A stretch of 44,890 bases of DNA. Origin: Rotaria sp. (lineage: Eukaryota). The stretch is from positions 386,707 through 431,596 of the forward strand of contig CAJNUA010000046.1 of NCBI GenBank assembly GCA_905330235.1, in the 5' to 3' direction. The notes beneath the pieces are model-generated. The model saw only the letters and a list, made by a program, of their open reading frames with translations, made no database searches and was not told where the DNA came from. This document shows positions 44,083 to 44,890 of this stretch, in pieces (position 1 is the stretch's first letter; each line of letters opens with the position of its first letter). A program made the position numbers and the translations under genes.

Positions 44083-44190
44083 ATTGGATAGGAATGGATA
44101 GGAATGGATGGGAATGAATGGGAATGGCTGGGAATGTATAGGAATGGCTGGGAATGGCTAGGAATGGATGGGAATGCCAGAGAATGCCCG
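44083..44190. repeat. (GGAATGGNTG)n 10-bp tandem array, ~10 copies
   Basis: ggataggaatggataggaatggatgggaatgaatgggaatggctgggaatgtataggaatggctgggaatggctaggaatggatgggaatgccag; no unique spacers, so not a CRISPR array. Confidence 0.8.
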
Positions 44191-44586
44191 AATGAGTTTT
44201 TTCCCCCATGCGTAAAACACTTAAGACAAAATGTTACGAAAACGGACACAGAGACAGTTCGAAAATTATTCAACAAGCAGGTTAAAATTTTTTCGTTCTC
44301 TGTACATTTCAATTATTGAATAACAAAGATCTTATTATTTTTACTAACTTGGTGTTTATAGTGTTTGGTATGTACTTTAGAAAGTTTCAAATGAAAATTC
44401 AAATATGTTGGATTTTTATTTAAAAAAACCAATCAGAATGTATGACTCTTCACTATCTTAAAATCATTCAAAAAGTAAATAACCATACATTTTTCTTCAA
44501 CAAGTAGTCAAAAGATTTGATTGCTTCAACCTCACGCGATCGATCACATGCAGCAATTCAAAAGCTGGATTAACAAATTATTTCAG

Positions 44587-44716
44587 GGTGTGGGTGTGGG
44601 TGTGGATAAATAGAAGAGCAGCACACACCCACACCCACACCACACACCCCACACCCACACCCACACCCACACCCACACCCACACCCACACCCACACCCAC
44701 ACCCACACCCACACCC
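44587..44716. repeat. Palindromic (GGGTGT)3 - 17 bp - (CACACC)~18 block
   Basis: gggtgtgggtgtgggtgtgg ataaatagaagagcagca cacacccacacccacacc...; the left part is the reverse complement of the right repeat unit. Confidence 0.8.
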
Positions 44717-44736
44717 TCGGGATTACCCTGGGTTCT

Positions 44737-44890
44737 CAGGTCCCATTATTCGGCTTTACTCTTGGATCATCAAGCCCTACTGTTAGGGGTTATCGTTAGC
44801 TTCTCAAGTCGTAGTATTGGAAGTACTCTTGGGTCCTCAACTCCTACTGTCGAGGGTACCCTTGGATCCTCAAGTTCTACCGTTGTGGGT
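44737..44890. repeat. 33-bp tandem repeat (>=4.5 units) running off the window end
   Basis: ctcttggatcatcaagccctactgttaggggtta / tcgttagcttctcaagtcgtagtattggaagta / ctcttgggtcctcaactcctactgtcgagggtac / ccttggatcctcaagttctaccgttgtgggt. Confidence 0.7.

Noticed and set aside
44083-44190. The regular 10-bp array looked CRISPR-like at first glance.
   Set aside because: This is a eukaryotic genome. The array has no unique spacers and a 10-bp period, so it is a simple tandem microsatellite.

Overview
This is AT-rich (~65% AT) metazoan nuclear DNA, not prokaryotic: genes are interrupted by short GT..AG introns and the window contains a TGF-beta ligand, major vault protein (MVP) genes and many micro- and minisatellites. 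The supplied ORF track also uses TTG and GTG starts, so many 'M' residues in it are not true Met.

Gene content by hand-built exon models:
- TGF-beta/BMP-family ligand, 4 coding exons, 10771-13140, + strand.
- Two adjacent intronless oxidoreductase genes on the - strand: a 3-hydroxyacyl-CoA dehydrogenase family protein (14105-15130) and a carbonyl-reductase-like SDR (16030-16899).
- Two MVP paralogs arranged tail-to-tail: MVP-1 on the + strand with 9 exons (20325-23414), and MVP-2 on the - strand with 14 exons (29259 down to 25644). Their intron positions are largely different.
- A 22-exon gene on the - strand (37156 down to 34151) built almost entirely of ribonuclease-inhibitor-type leucine-rich repeats, one 28-aa repeat per 84-nt phase-0 exon, with a recent internal three-exon block duplication.
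- A PIF/Harbinger-like DNA transposon (~41449-43342) with ~210-bp TIRs and a 2-exon DDE_Tnp_4 transposase carrying one in-frame TGA.

Repeat content: a 0.85-kb diverged inverted repeat at the 5' end; a ~310-bp tandem array and a CACCCA-type minisatellite upstream of MVP-1; and a family of (CACCCA)n/(TGGGTG)n arrays flanked by inverted GCGACAGTTGCTC motifs, one immediately upstream of MVP-2. Further arrays are a (TTGGG)n-like array, a (GGAATGGNTG)n array, a palindromic (GGGTGT)n-(CACACC)n block and a 33-bp tandem repeat running off the 3' end.

All exon coordinates were derived by eye from codon phase and GT/AG sites and may be off by 1-2 nt.
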